This document shows positions 11,112 to 21,717 of a stretch of DNA of 48,127 nucleotides, in pieces. The notes under the pieces were generated by a model. The model had not been told where the DNA came from and searched no databases. It saw only the letters and a program-made list of their open reading frames with translations. Position 1 is the stretch's first letter, and the number at the start of each line of letters is the position of its first letter. A program made the translations under genes and the position numbers. The DNA is from Hyphochytrium catenoides (lineage: Eukaryota; Protista; Hyphochytriomycota), in NCBI GenBank assembly GCA_900088475.1, contig LT578416.1, positions 1 through 48,127 of the forward strand, written 5' to 3'.

Positions 11112-12312
11112 ATTCAATTTAACTGGGCGTAAAGCGTCTGTAGGCGGCAAGTTTCGTTATTCGGTAAAAATTAAAGCTTAACTTTAAAAGACGGATAAAA
11201 CGTACTTAGCTAGAGTCATAGAGAGGAGAGTAGAATTTCTGAAATAGGGATAAAATCCGAAGATATCAGAAGGAATACCAAAGGCGAAGGCAACTCTCTG
11301 GCTATGTCTGACGCTCAGAGACGAAGGCGTGGGGAGCAAATGGGATTAGGTACCCCAGTAGTCCATGCAGTAAACGATGAGTGCTAGTCTTCAATAAAAG
11401 ACACAGCTAACGCGTCAAGCACTCCGCCTGAGGAGTACGATCGCAAGATTGAAACTCAAAGAAATTGACGGGAGCCTATCCAAGCGGTGGAGCATGTGGT
11501 TTAATGCGATAATACACGCAGAATCTTACCAGCTCTTGACATCATAATTCTTTTGATAGAGATATCAAAAGCTTCTTTATGACAGGCGTTGCATGGCTGT
11601 CGTCAGCTCGTGTTTTGAGACGTAGGGTTAATTCCCGTAACGAGCGTAACCCCTATTCAATGTTGCTGACCCATCGGACTGACTTTTCTTTTTTTTGGAG
11701 AGTGTCAGTTGTTTTATATTTGTTTGTTGACCAAAGATTTTAACAATGTCAATTTGACAAGGCTTAATAGCACGTAAAACCCTTATTTTATCAATGCCCT
11801 TTAGGTAGTCGGTGGCCTTCTGCGGATTTGTTTGGTTTAATAAGTGCGAATGGGCGGATCTCTTTGAAACAATCTGTGAAAATGGATGGAGGTGGGGATG
11901 ACGTCAAGTCCTCATGGCCCTTATGAGCTGGGCTACACATGTGCTACAATGGTAATGACAAAGGGAGGCAATAAAGAATTAAAGATCATTTGGAGCAAAT
12001 CCTTAAACATTACCTTAGTTCGGATTGTCGGCTGCAATTCGCCGGCATGAAGTTGGAATCGCTAGTAATCGTGGATCAGCATGCCACGGTGAATACTGGA
12101 AATAGGCTTTGTACACACCGCCCGTCACATTCCGGAAATTCATTTCTCTCCAAAGTTTTGTATTAACGTATGAAAACAATGTAAGATTCCGATGGTTTTT
12201 CGGAAACCCGCATTGATAAAAGAAATACGAGATATGTTCCGAAAGAGAGGTGGGTAACCAGAGTGAAGTCGTAACAAGGTAGCCGTAAGGGAACTTGCGG
12301 CTGAAGACAACT
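10496..12312 (+). rRNA. rns: Small-subunit rRNA (ends approximate)
   Basis: GAGTTTGATTCTGGCTC, GTGCCAGCAGCCGCGGTAA, GTACACACCGCCCGT, AAGTCGTAACAAGGTAGCCGT. Confidence 0.97.
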
Positions 12313-12517
12313 TTAAAATCTCCCATATCTCCTATATTCCCCAATCATCTCTAAAAGAGAAACGTCAAAGTGTCCAAAGTGTCTCTTTTTTTATGATGAT
12401 TCTTGTATTTGATTGTATTTGAAGATTGAAAAGTCGAAAAGTGTTTGAGATACACTTTAAAATTTTAGAAACACCTATATAAAATATATAAACAATTTAA
12501 ACATTAAAATGAAGAGA

Positions 12518-12589
12518 TGCGGGATAGAGCAGTGGTAGCTCAACAGGCTCATGATCTGGATGTCGTAGGTTCGAATCCTACTCCCGCGA
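12518..12589 (+). tRNA. trnM: tRNA-Met(CAU), initiator type
   Basis: GAGC/GCTC D-stem (A11-U24), U1:G72, loop CTCATGA. Confidence 0.9.
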
Positions 12590-12630
12590 CATGTCACATT
12601 TCTTAATCCATCTAACGGTTCAACTTGATA

Positions 12631-13011
12631 ATGCCAACTTTCTCACAACTTTTAAAAAATCCAAGACGACGTCCAAAAAACCGAACAAAAACTCCAGCAT
12701 TACAATCTTGTCCACAAAAAAAAGGGACTTGTTTTAAAGTGTTTACCCGAACACCAAAAAAACCCAACTCAGGTGTTCGAAAAGTTGCACGAATTCGTTT
12801 AACTAATCGAAAACGTATTACAGGATATATCCCAGGAATTGGCCATTCTTTGATGGAACATTCCATTGTTCTTGTTCGTGGGGGTCGTGTTAAAGACTTG
12901 CCTGGAGTCAAATACCATCTGATTCGCGGCAAATATGATTTTGATAACAAAACATTATTATCTCGAATTCACGCGCGTTCGAAATATGGTGTCAAAAAAC
13001 GAAGAATATAA
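12631..13011 (+). CDS. rps12: Ribosomal protein S12
   Basis: [31 protein letters not shown]. Confidence 0.99.
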   Translation: MPTFSQLLKNPRRRPKNRTKTPALQSCPQKKGTCFKVFTRTPKKPNSGVRKVARIRLTNRKRITGYIPGIGHSLMEHSIVLVRGGRVKDLPGVKYHLIRGKYDFDNKTLLSRIHARSKYGVKKRRI

Positions 13012-13084
13012 AAAAAGGTTTGAAATCTTTTTGAAAAGTTTTTGGACACGATTTTCTTATTTTTTCTATTCTTATATTCTTCGT

Positions 13085-13156
13085 AGGGATATAATTTAGT
13101 GGTTAGAAGCGGTTTCTCCAAAAAACTGAACCCCAGTTCGAATCTGGGTATCCCTG
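13085..13156 (+). tRNA. trnW: tRNA-Trp(CCA)
   Basis: Cloverleaf, loop CTCCAAA; CCA anticodon fits standard code. Confidence 0.92.
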
Positions 13157-13176
13157 GTCTTTGGTTTGTTGAAAGA

Positions 13177-13250
13177 TCCCCAATAGCTAAGTGGTTTAAG
13201 GCGGTAGACTGTTAATCTAATGATCACAGGTTCGAATCCTGTTTGGGGAG
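13177..13250 (+). tRNA. trnN: tRNA-Asn(GUU)
   Basis: Cloverleaf, loop CTGTTAA. Confidence 0.95.
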
Positions 13251-13260
13251 CTTTTTAATT

Positions 13261-13642
13261 GCAACGGCACACGAGCGAATACACGCCCACAAAGATTCCA
13301 ACGATTTTTTTGGTGTTTTTAATATTTTCAAGAATTGCTGTCTAATCTTTTATAACATTTCTTTAAGTTAGACATTGAGAATGAAAACCTTTAAACACTT
13401 TAAAACAAGTTGGAATCTTCCCCGCTTTTAAAACCATTTCCTTTTGGTCTTTTTCACTTCTTATAACAAACCAAAAGACCAAAAAGGATGAACACAGAAA
13501 CAATCCAGTCAAATCAAAAGATTCTTTCCCAGTTTCCCACTTTTAAATGGTTTTAAAAGCACACCCAAAGAACTTTTCTTTTTTATGTGACCTTTTTATA
13601 CCGTTGTCACTTGAAAAAAGAAAAAAACCGCTGCCCCGTTGC
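13261..13642. other. Multi-arm structured non-coding element between convergent trnN and nad5
   Basis: Nested perfect helices: 13261-67/13636-42, 13292-302/13409-19, 13339-45/13368-74, 13424-39/13545-60, 13442-53/13473-84, 13574-84/13614-24. Confidence 0.7.
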
Positions 13643-13666
13643 CGAACACTCTTTTTTCAAAGAAAG

Positions 13667-15748
13667 TTAAAAAAAATGCCAATCTTCTCCATAATGAGGT
13701 CGACGTTGTTCCCAAGGAATCTCTTCTTCTGGGAAATCAATAATATGACGTGTATAATTATGTAAAACGAGACCGAGAAATAAAATGAAAGCTAATTTAA
13801 AATTTACATATACACCAAAAGAAATGGGTAATGCGGAAAGAACGGTTAACATAGTTGCACCTAATAAAATGATAAAACTTGAATGATAAATGAAACCTGT
13901 TGATAATTTTGCTACTTTTTCCATATAATAGTATAAAGTATGTGAAATTCCTAAAGGACCAAAAAGTTCAAAATAACCTTTATCTAAAATTCGGTAAGTT
14001 GTCATATAAGAAACCCGCATCATACGTTGTGAAACAAAATCATTCATCAACTTATCAAAAAACCATTTTCGATTTAAAAAATTATAAAGACTTAAACCCC
14101 AAGGAGACATTTTCCAATGATATAAGACACCAAAAAAAAAGGTATATAAATAATATGCCGTTAAAGCTCCATAAAGACTACACATTAAAATCATTTGTTT
14201 AGGAGCATCCGGAATAAATTCCGCATCCATTAAGACTAAATGTTTTGGGTGTACAAAAATAGAGTTTCCCCAAAAATCAGTTCCAAAACCAACAAACATA
14301 TCTTTTAACAAATAGCCAGAAAAAATACTTAAAAGAGCTAAAAGACCTAATGGGAATGCCATGACAAATGGAGCTTCGTGAACCTGTTCCATGATTTTTT
14401 TATAACCATTAGGTTCGGTTAAAAAAACAAGAAATAACAGTCGTGTTGAATAAAAAGAAGTCAAAAAAGCTGCCGTGGTTCCTAAAATATAAGCAAAATA
14501 TCCACTAAAACTATAAGTTGCATAAGCACTTTCTAAAATCAAATCTTTTGAATAAAACCCTGATAAAAAAGGAAATCCAATTAAGGCCAAATTTCCAATT
14601 AAGAACATACTATATGTATAAGGTAATAAAGTTCTTAATCCACCCATACGACGCATATCTTGTTCATCACCCATAGCATGAATGACACACCCTGCACTTA
14701 AAAACAATAACGCTTTAAAAAACGCATGATTCGTTAAATGAAACATTCCGGCGGCATAATTAGAAACACCGCAAGAAAACATCATATATCCTAATTGACT
14801 ACATGTAGAATACGCAATAACTTTTTTAATATCATTTTGTACCAAAGCGACGGTTGAAGCAAAAAAAGCTGTTGATGCTCCGACTATGGTCACAACGGTT
14901 AAAGCTGTAGGCGAATATTCAAAAAGTGGTGAACATCTTGTAATTAAAAAGACACCTGCGGTCACCATGGTTGCCGCATGGATCAGTGCAGAAACAGGTG
15001 TCGGTCCTTCCATGGCATCAGGCAACCATAAATGTAAACCAAGTTGTGCGGATTTTCCCATTGCTCCAAGAAATAAGAAAAGGCATATGGTATCTATAAC
15101 AGGAAATTCATCATACACAAAAAAAAAACGTTGATCTTGTAACTGATTGACCAAAGAAAAAATAATATCGTAATCGACAGCACGGAAAGAATAGAAAGCA
15201 GAAAAAATTCCAATAGCTAATCCAAAATCTCCAATTCGATTTAAGATCATTGCTTTTAACGCAGCTTTATTCGCTTGTAATCGAGTAAACCAAAAATTAA
15301 TTAATAAATAAGAACAAAGACCAACACCTTCCCACCCAACAAACATAACCATAAAGTTATCCCCAGTGACAAGGATAATCATAAAAAACGTAAATAATGA
15401 CAAATAACTCATAAAACGTGGAACATGTGGATCTTCTTTCATATAACCCGTTGAATAAAGATGAACTAACATTGAAATTGAAGTAATCACAACAAGCATC
15501 ACAACAGTTAATGTATCAAAAGAAAAGGACCAGTCACATTCAAAAAGACCACTTTCAATCCATGTAGCTAAAGTCAAGTATTTGACATGACCTTTTAATC
15601 CAATTTCCAGAAACGATTGACAGGCTAAATAAAAAGTGTACCCTATTAAAGAAGAACTCACAATCATACTTCCTGGGTGACCTAAATAACGACCAAAAAA
15701 TCCACAAAAAATGGAACTTAACAGTGGTAGAAAAAGAATTCTTAACAT
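13667..15748 (-). CDS. nad5: NADH dehydrogenase subunit 5
   Basis: GWEGVGLCSYLLI, WLPDAMEGPTPVSALIHAATMVTAG, HAFFKALLF. Confidence 0.99.
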   Translation of the reverse strand: MLRILFLPLLSSIFCGFFGRYLGHPGSMIVSSSLIGYTFYLACQSFLEIGLKGHVKYLTLATWIESGLFECDWSFSFDTLTVVMLVVITSISMLVHLYSTGYMKEDPHVPRFMSYLSLFTFFMIILVTGDNFMVMFVGWEGVGLCSYLLINFWFTRLQANKAALKAMILNRIGDFGLAIGIFSAFYSFRAVDYDIIFSLVNQLQDQRFFFVYDEFPVIDTICLFLFLGAMGKSAQLGLHLWLPDAMEGPTPVSALIHAATMVTAGVFLITRCSPLFEYSPTALTVVTIVGASTAFFASTVALVQNDIKKVIAYSTCSQLGYMMFSCGVSNYAAGMFHLTNHAFFKALLFLSAGCVIHAMGDEQDMRRMGGLRTLLPYTYSMFLIGNLALIGFPFLSGFYSKDLILESAYATYSFSGYFAYILGTTAAFLTSFYSTRLLFLVFLTEPNGYKKIMEQVHEAPFVMAFPLGLLALLSIFSGYLLKDMFVGFGTDFWGNSIFVHPKHLVLMDAEFIPDAPKQMILMCSLYGALTAYYLYTFFFGVLYHWKMSPWGLSLYNFLNRKWFFDKLMNDFVSQRMMRVSYMTTYRILDKGYFELFGPLGISHTLYYYMEKVAKLSTGFIYHSSFIILLGATMLTVLSALPISFGVYVNFKLAFILFLGLVLHNYTRHIIDFPEEEIPWEQRRPHYGEDWHFF

Positions 15749-15880
15749 CAATGTATTTGATTTATTACTTTTTTATGTTTTAAAATCTTTTAAAACATCC
15801 AAGCCAAAAATGAGTAGAAAAAGAGTTTAAAGAGTTCGCAGCTTGTTAGATGAAATGTTTTGTCATGCCATTTTTCTTCT

Positions 15881-17077
15881 TTAACGATCAATTTCACCAA
15901 AAACAATATCTTGGGTTCCGATAATGGTTACCACATCCGCAATCATATGCCCTTTGGACATAAAATCTAAAGATTGCAAATGAGCAAAACCAGGAGATTT
16001 TATTTTACAACGATAAGGACAATTAGTTCCGTCTGAAATCAAATAAACCCCGAATTCTCCTTTAGGCGCTTCCACAGCAGTATAAGTTTCTGAAGGCGGT
16101 ACACTAAATCCTTCACTAAATAATTTAAAATGATGTATAACGGCTTCCATGCTTTGTTTCATTTCTAGACGAGATGGTGGTGAAATTTTGAAGTTATCAA
16201 CCTTTACCGGTCCTTGAGGCATTTGATTAAGAGCTTGTAAAATTAAGCGCACGGATTCTCTCATTTCATAGGTGCGTATTAAATAACGATCGAAACAATC
16301 ACCATTCGTTCCAACAAAAATATCAAAGTCAAATTCATCATAAGCATCATAAGGCTGTGCTTTACGCAAATCCCAAGGAATTCCTGATCCACGTAACATG
16401 ACCCCGCTAAATCCATAATTTTCAGCATCTTGTGCACTTACACACCCAATATCGACTAATCTTTGTTTCCAAATACGATTATTGGTTAACATTTCTTCCA
16501 TTTCATCTAAACGTGTTCCGAATTGTTCACAAAAAATAAAAATATCATCTAATAACCCTTCAGGAAGATCAAAGGCAACGCCTCCAGGACGGATATATGC
16601 TGCATGCATTCTTGCTCCAGATACACGTTCATAAAATTCCATAAGCTTTTCGCGTTCTTCAAAATTCCAAAGCATGGGGGTAATCGCACCAACATCCATC
16701 GCATGGCAACCTACCGCTAATAAATGATTTAAAAGACGTGTAATTTCAGAAAAGAGAACACGAATGTATTGAGCTCTACGTGGTACAGAAGTTTGGAGTA
16801 ATTTTTCAACTGCAAGACTATAACAAGATTCTTGTGCCATCATCGAAACATAATCTAAACGATCAAAATAAGGTAACGCTTGTAAATAAGTTTTGGATTC
16901 AATGAGTTTTTCAGTCCCTCTATGTAATAATCCAATGTGAGGATCCGCTCGTTTAACGACTTCCCCATTTAATTCTAACACAAGTCTTAAAACACCGTGT
17001 GCTGCTGGGTGCTGAGGACCAAAATTAATCGTAAAATTTTTGATTTTTCGTTGCATATTATGTTTTAAAAAGGACAT
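15881..17077 (-). CDS. nad7: NADH dehydrogenase subunit 7
   Basis: [34 protein letters not shown]. Confidence 0.99.
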   Translation of the reverse strand: MSFLKHNMQRKIKNFTINFGPQHPAAHGVLRLVLELNGEVVKRADPHIGLLHRGTEKLIESKTYLQALPYFDRLDYVSMMAQESCYSLAVEKLLQTSVPRRAQYIRVLFSEITRLLNHLLAVGCHAMDVGAITPMLWNFEEREKLMEFYERVSGARMHAAYIRPGGVAFDLPEGLLDDIFIFCEQFGTRLDEMEEMLTNNRIWKQRLVDIGCVSAQDAENYGFSGVMLRGSGIPWDLRKAQPYDAYDEFDFDIFVGTNGDCFDRYLIRTYEMRESVRLILQALNQMPQGPVKVDNFKISPPSRLEMKQSMEAVIHHFKLFSEGFSVPPSETYTAVEAPKGEFGVYLISDGTNCPYRCKIKSPGFAHLQSLDFMSKGHMIADVVTIIGTQDIVFGEIDR

Positions 17078-17165
17078 GATTCATTTTCAAGAAGAGGATC
17101 CGTTTCATTTTCGTTTCAAAAACACATGATCTTTACAAACAATTCGAACTCAAAAAGGATCAGTC

Positions 17166-17237
17166 ATGCGGGAGTAGGAATCGAACCTACGACGTTCAGA
17201 TCATGAGCCTGTTGAGCTACCACTGCTCTATCCCACG
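17166..17237 (-). tRNA. trnM: tRNA-Met(CAU), initiator type (close paralog of 12518-12589)
   Basis: C1:A72 mismatch, GAGC/GCTC D-stem, loop CTCATGA. Confidence 0.88.
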
Positions 17238-17244
17238 GAAAGAA

Positions 17245-17328
17245 TACCAGGGAAGGGACTCGAACCCTCAAAAACATTACTTTCTCAGTACCTAAAACTG
17301 ATGCGTCAACCAATTGCGCCACCCTGGT
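17245..17328 (-). tRNA. trnL: tRNA-Leu(UAG)
   Basis: Cloverleaf, long variable arm, TAG anticodon. Confidence 0.95.
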
Positions 17329-17384
17329 GAAGTTTGGTGAACCACACGGTTTCACTCAAGAGTTCCATGAAAGTTTTTAAAGTT

Positions 17385-17464
17385 TACTCGCTATCGGACT
17401 CGAACCGATAACCCGAAGGAACAAATTTTAAGTCTGTAGTGTATACCAATTTCACCAAGCGAGT
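17385..17464 (-). tRNA. trnL: tRNA-Leu(UAA)
   Basis: Cloverleaf, long variable arm, loop CTTAAAA. Confidence 0.95.
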
Positions 17465-17485
17465 TTCATGAAACAAAAAAAAATG

Positions 17486-17557
17486 AGATTAGGGGCGGAT
17501 TCGAACCGCCGTCAATTGCATTTGCAGTGCAATGCAAAACCTCTTTGCGACCTAATC
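17486..17557 (-). tRNA. trnC: tRNA-Cys(GCA)
   Basis: Cloverleaf, loop CTGCAAA, U73. Confidence 0.93.
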
Positions 17558-17582
17558 AGTGACAGTTATATAGTGATATCAT

Positions 17583-18323
17583 TTAGGAAGGTTTCGCACT
17601 TTTTTTGAAAACTGTTCGACGATAGGACGAAACAAGACAAAAAAGAAAACTTAAAAGTTCACAATAACAAAAAAACACGAAAATAAAACAAATTGCGAAA
17701 AACCAATGAATTTCAAAAAATAAAAAATTGAAACAAAAAAGGAAAACATAGGCCCATGTTTTTTGTTTTAGGAAATGAAACCAAAAGGAAGGATAATGGA
17801 AACAAAAAAGAAAATAAAAGGGGGGGAAATAAATGAAAGTTAAAAACAAACAAATAAAAAAACCCTTTGTCTTTAAAAAAGAAAAAGGATCTAAAAACCA
17901 TTTGAATTCAAAATCCAGTTGCGGATCATGGGATTGATAATAAAAGAGATCCTCAAAATAAAAAGGAAGATATAAATTGGCAAAAGTCAGACTAAGTTGT
18001 ATCGAAAGACAAACAAAGACAATCCACACCAAGAAAAGAACATTTTCTTCAAAAAAAAGACTTGAAGATACAGAAAACAAAATTATTGTTAAACAAAAAG
18101 GTAGTAAGTAATAAAGACTTGTATAATATGCAAAAACTTTAATGGATGCATAAGCCTCTGGTTGAAAAACCGTAAAACGCATTTGAGAAAATTTTTCTTG
18201 AAAGGAAAGCGTTTGCCCCTGATAAAGATATTCCCAAGAATCCAAACCACAAAAAAAAGTGAAAAAACAAGTCAAAAAAAAATAAAAGCTTTTCCAAAAG
18301 AAAAAAGAAGAGGATGTTTTCAT
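17583..18323 (-). CDS. tatC: Probable twin-arginine translocase subunit TatC (divergent)
   Basis: 246 aa, Phe-rich with about six hydrophobic segments; PEAYASIKV..Y.LP resembles the TatC 'EaF..ylk...P' segment; late ELL. Confidence 0.65.
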   Translation of the reverse strand: MKTSSSFFFWKSFYFFLTCFFTFFCGLDSWEYLYQGQTLSFQEKFSQMRFTVFQPEAYASIKVFAYYTSLYYLLPFCLTIILFSVSSSLFFEENVLFLVWIVFVCLSIQLSLTFANLYLPFYFEDLFYYQSHDPQLDFEFKWFLDPFSFLKTKGFFICLFLTFIYFPPFYFLFCFHYPSFWFHFLKQKTWAYVFLFCFNFLFFEIHWFFAICFIFVFFCYCELLSFLFCLVSSYRRTVFKKSAKPS

Positions 18324-18361
18324 AACAAAATTTCAAAATCATGGAAGTCAATCAAAAAGGA

Positions 18362-18434
18362 TAGTGGAGGAAGGACTCGAACCTCCGACCTACAGATGAT
18401 GAGTCTGTCGAGCTACCAACTGCTCTACCCCACG
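18362..18434 (-). tRNA. trnM: tRNA-Met(CAU), initiator type (third, more diverged)
   Basis: C1:U72 mismatch, GAGC/GCTC D-stem, loop CTCATCA. Confidence 0.88.
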
Positions 18435-18469
18435 TTTGTTTCCTCTTTAATGTTATTATTAAAAAAAAA

Positions 18470-18933
18470 AAAATAATCTTTTTCGAGTTTTTAGTATTTC
18501 TTAGCTGTTCTTGACATTTCAACTCTGAGCCATCAAAAGAATTGAAGTTTCAAAACAAACTTTTACACGAAACCTATTAAAGTCATGATCGTTGACAACT
18601 CTTAAAGAAAATAAATCTCAAGTTAGGTTTCTTGCTTAGATGCTTTCAGCAATTATCCCTTATTAACGTAGCTACTTGGCGCTGCTTTTGATTTAACAGC
18701 CAATACACCAGAGGTTAACCCTTCCCGGTCCTCTCGTACTAGGGTTAGATTCTTTCAATTTTCTGCTGCCTACAGTAGATAGAGACCAAACTGTCTCACG
18801 ACGTTCTAAACCCAACTCACGTACCACTTTCATCGGCGAACAGCCGAACCCTTGGAACCTTTTTCAGCTCCAGGATGTGATGAGTCGACATCGAGGTGCC
18901 AAACGATTTCGTCGATACGGACTCTTGGAAATC

Positions 18934-18969
<36 letters not shown>

Positions 18970-19123
18970 AAGCGATAGTTTTTCCGCAAAAAACTACCTG
19001 ATCACTATGGCCGACTTACGTCTCTGCGCGATATGTCTATCTAACAGTCAGGCAAGTATATATCATTGCACTCAACAACTGATTTATACAGTTTGAACTT
19101 ACCTTCGCACGCCTCCGTTACGT

Positions 19124-19154
<31 letters not shown>

Positions 19155-19437
19155 AAATTTACACGGTCCTCGAAGACAGAATTCTTCGAATTTCTTGTCT
19201 GAATCATGAGTAAGCGATAAAAAGAATGAAGGATGGTCTTTCACTTGTGTCTCGACGAGTGGCCAAAGCCAAAGTTTCAATGACAACCATCTAAACTACG
19301 CTTCTTCTTTTTATGTACAATGTAAATGTGCAGTAAAGGTTCACGGGGTCTTTTCGTCTAGCTGTAGGATATCCGCATCTTCACGGATCATTCATTTTCA
19401 TAGAGTTCATGTTGGAGACAGTGGGGAAGTCGTTACA

Positions 19438-19494
<57 letters not shown>

Positions 19495-19556
19495 GAGTTA
19501 CAGCCGCCGTTTACTGGGGGTTATATTCAATGCATCATACATTTCTTTTTAGCCTA

Positions 19557-19594
<38 letters not shown>

Positions 19595-20174
19595 ACGATT
19601 TCGCAGAGTCTTGTGTTTTTACTAAACAGTCGCCCCCCCCGATTCTGTGCCACCGGATTGGTTACCGGTACTCTTTCTCCCGAAGTTACAGAGTCATTTT
19701 GCCGAGTTCCTTCAACATGATTCTCTCTCTCGCCTTAGTTTACTCAACCCACCCACCTGTGTCGGTTTATAGTACGGTTTTAAAATCTTTACTTTTTCTT
19801 GAAACGCAGTTTNTTTTGGGTCATATCATTCNAAACAGCAAAACCCGCCACTTATTACGTTTGTCATAAACATTTAACAAGAAATGATCTTTTTCCCATT
19901 AGAGTAAGCTTTCGCTTTTTCCTTAGGGACCGTTTCACTCGTGTCAGTCGAACTTGAACAACGAAAACCTCAGGTTTGCGGCGAAAATGATTTGAACATT
20001 TTTTATCATTACTCATACCAACATGGTCACTTCTGAGTTCTCCAACCTATCTCTCGATAGATTTTCAACAAAAAACAGAATGTTCCGCTACCATCTTTTC
20101 GAAAAATTCGAAAAAGATTCGCCGTTTCGGTATACAATCTTTAGCCCCTTTACATTTTCAGTGCAAACAAACTA

Positions 20175-20207
<33 letters not shown>

Positions 20208-21420
20208 GGCTGCTTCCAAGCCTACCTCCTGGCTGTCATCATTTATTCACTTCTTTACTCACTTAGATTGTTTTGAGGACCTTAACGATCGATCTGGGCT
20301 GTATCCCTCTCGACCATTGACCTTAGCGCCAATGGTCTGTCCATACCATTCACTTTTCAATGTATTCGGAGTTTCCTTGAATTTAGTAAGACAGATGTCC
20401 CCCGCATTCAGTGAGTGCTCTACCCCATGAAAGGAAGATGATATGGTCTACCTCAATAGATTTCGCGGAAAACCAGCTATGTCCAAGTTTGATTAGCCTT
20501 TCACCCCTATCCACAAATCATCCCCGTATTTTTCCACATACGTGGGTTCGGTCCTCCATCGTAGATTAATACGAATTCAACCTGTTCATAGATAGGTCAC
20601 TTGGTTTCGGGTTTTATGATGATAACTTAATCTTGTGTTCTCATTTGTTTGTTTTTTATTTAGAGTTTCTTTTGTTTCTAATAAATGATAATACATTGAG
20701 AATGTAAAATAAGTTTTTATGTTTTTTATTTCATTGTTAAAAGACTTCAAATTATATATATAAATATAAAAAATAATTATTATAATTCTTAGGAATATTA
20801 TAGGAATTTTCATCATCATTTTCATCATTTGTTTTTTATTCTTTCATTTTTGCTTTCACTACGCTTGCGTTTATTAACTTAAGCTTGCTATCATCATAAA
20901 CTTGTTGGTCCATTATACAAAAGGTACGCTGTCACAACCTTCGTTGCATCAACTGTTTGTAAGCATTAAGTTTCAGAAACTTTTCAAGTTCTCAAATATT
21001 TTTTCACCTTTCCCTTACGGTACTCTGCACTATCGGTTATAAAAAAGATTAGCCTTTGAGGGCGGTCCCCCAGAATTCGAACGAAAATTCACGTATTTCG
21101 TTTGACTGATTGGTTTGGTGATAGGTTGATTGACAGGACTATGACCTTCTCTGGTTTATTTTTCCAAATAATTAATGAACCATATCATCAAACAAAGGCT
21201 TTGACCGGTTTCGTTCTCCACTACTTCCGGTGTCTCGGTTGATTTTTTTCAAAGGTTACTTAGATGTTTCAATTCGCCTTTTTTTTTAAGGACACAATGT
21301 CCAGTTTCCTTTTGAGAGAGTTATTAGTCAAAGCTTGTCTGCTCATTAATAACATTTCGTTGTTAAAACGTCTCTTCTTTTTTATACCTAGGCATTCCCT
21401 TAATGCTCATGTTAAGATTA
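18470..21420 (-). rRNA. rnl: Large-subunit rRNA (ends approximate)
   Basis: Reverse complements of peptidyl-transferase motifs (GCACCTCGATGTCG, GGATAACAGGCTGAT), sarcin-ricin loop AGTACGAGAGGACC, and 5' GAATGCCTAGG. Confidence 0.97.
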
Positions 21421-21619
21421 TTTTTAAAAGTTTAATGAAACCCAAAGAGTTTGAACCCAAAGATGACTCTCGTCTATAAGTCCCTTCAAAAAAGTATTTT
21501 TAGAAAAAGAATGGTTCACTAACGGGTTTGAAAAACCGTGTCCTTTTTTCTTTTAAAAAAGACATCTAGGAATCAAAAATTTCTTTGGGTTTCATCAAAC
21601 AGAAAAGATTAAAAAAAAA

Positions 21620-21693
21620 TGTCTGGGAATGGATTTGAACCACTGGCCTAAAGATTTTCAGTCTTCCGCTCTAACCAACTGAGCTACCCAAAC
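21620..21693 (-). tRNA. trnF: tRNA-Phe(GAA)
   Basis: Cloverleaf, loop CTGAAAA. Confidence 0.95.
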
Positions 21694-21717
21694 TTTTCGA
21701 TTTGTTTCTGTTGTTTT

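Noticed and set aside
10724-12344. ORFs within rns (and within rnl, 18896-21479)
   Set aside because: Shadow frames of rRNA sequence
13240-13640. tmRNA (minus-strand GGGGCAG start) or rnpB identity for the structured element
   Set aside because: No T-arm or matching 3' acceptor outside trnN, and no GGAAAGTC/CR-V motifs
17128-17161. GATCTTT/AAGGATC hairpin with TTCGAACTCA resembling 5S rRNA loop C
   Set aside because: On the strand opposite its neighbours, and no other 5S helices could be drawn
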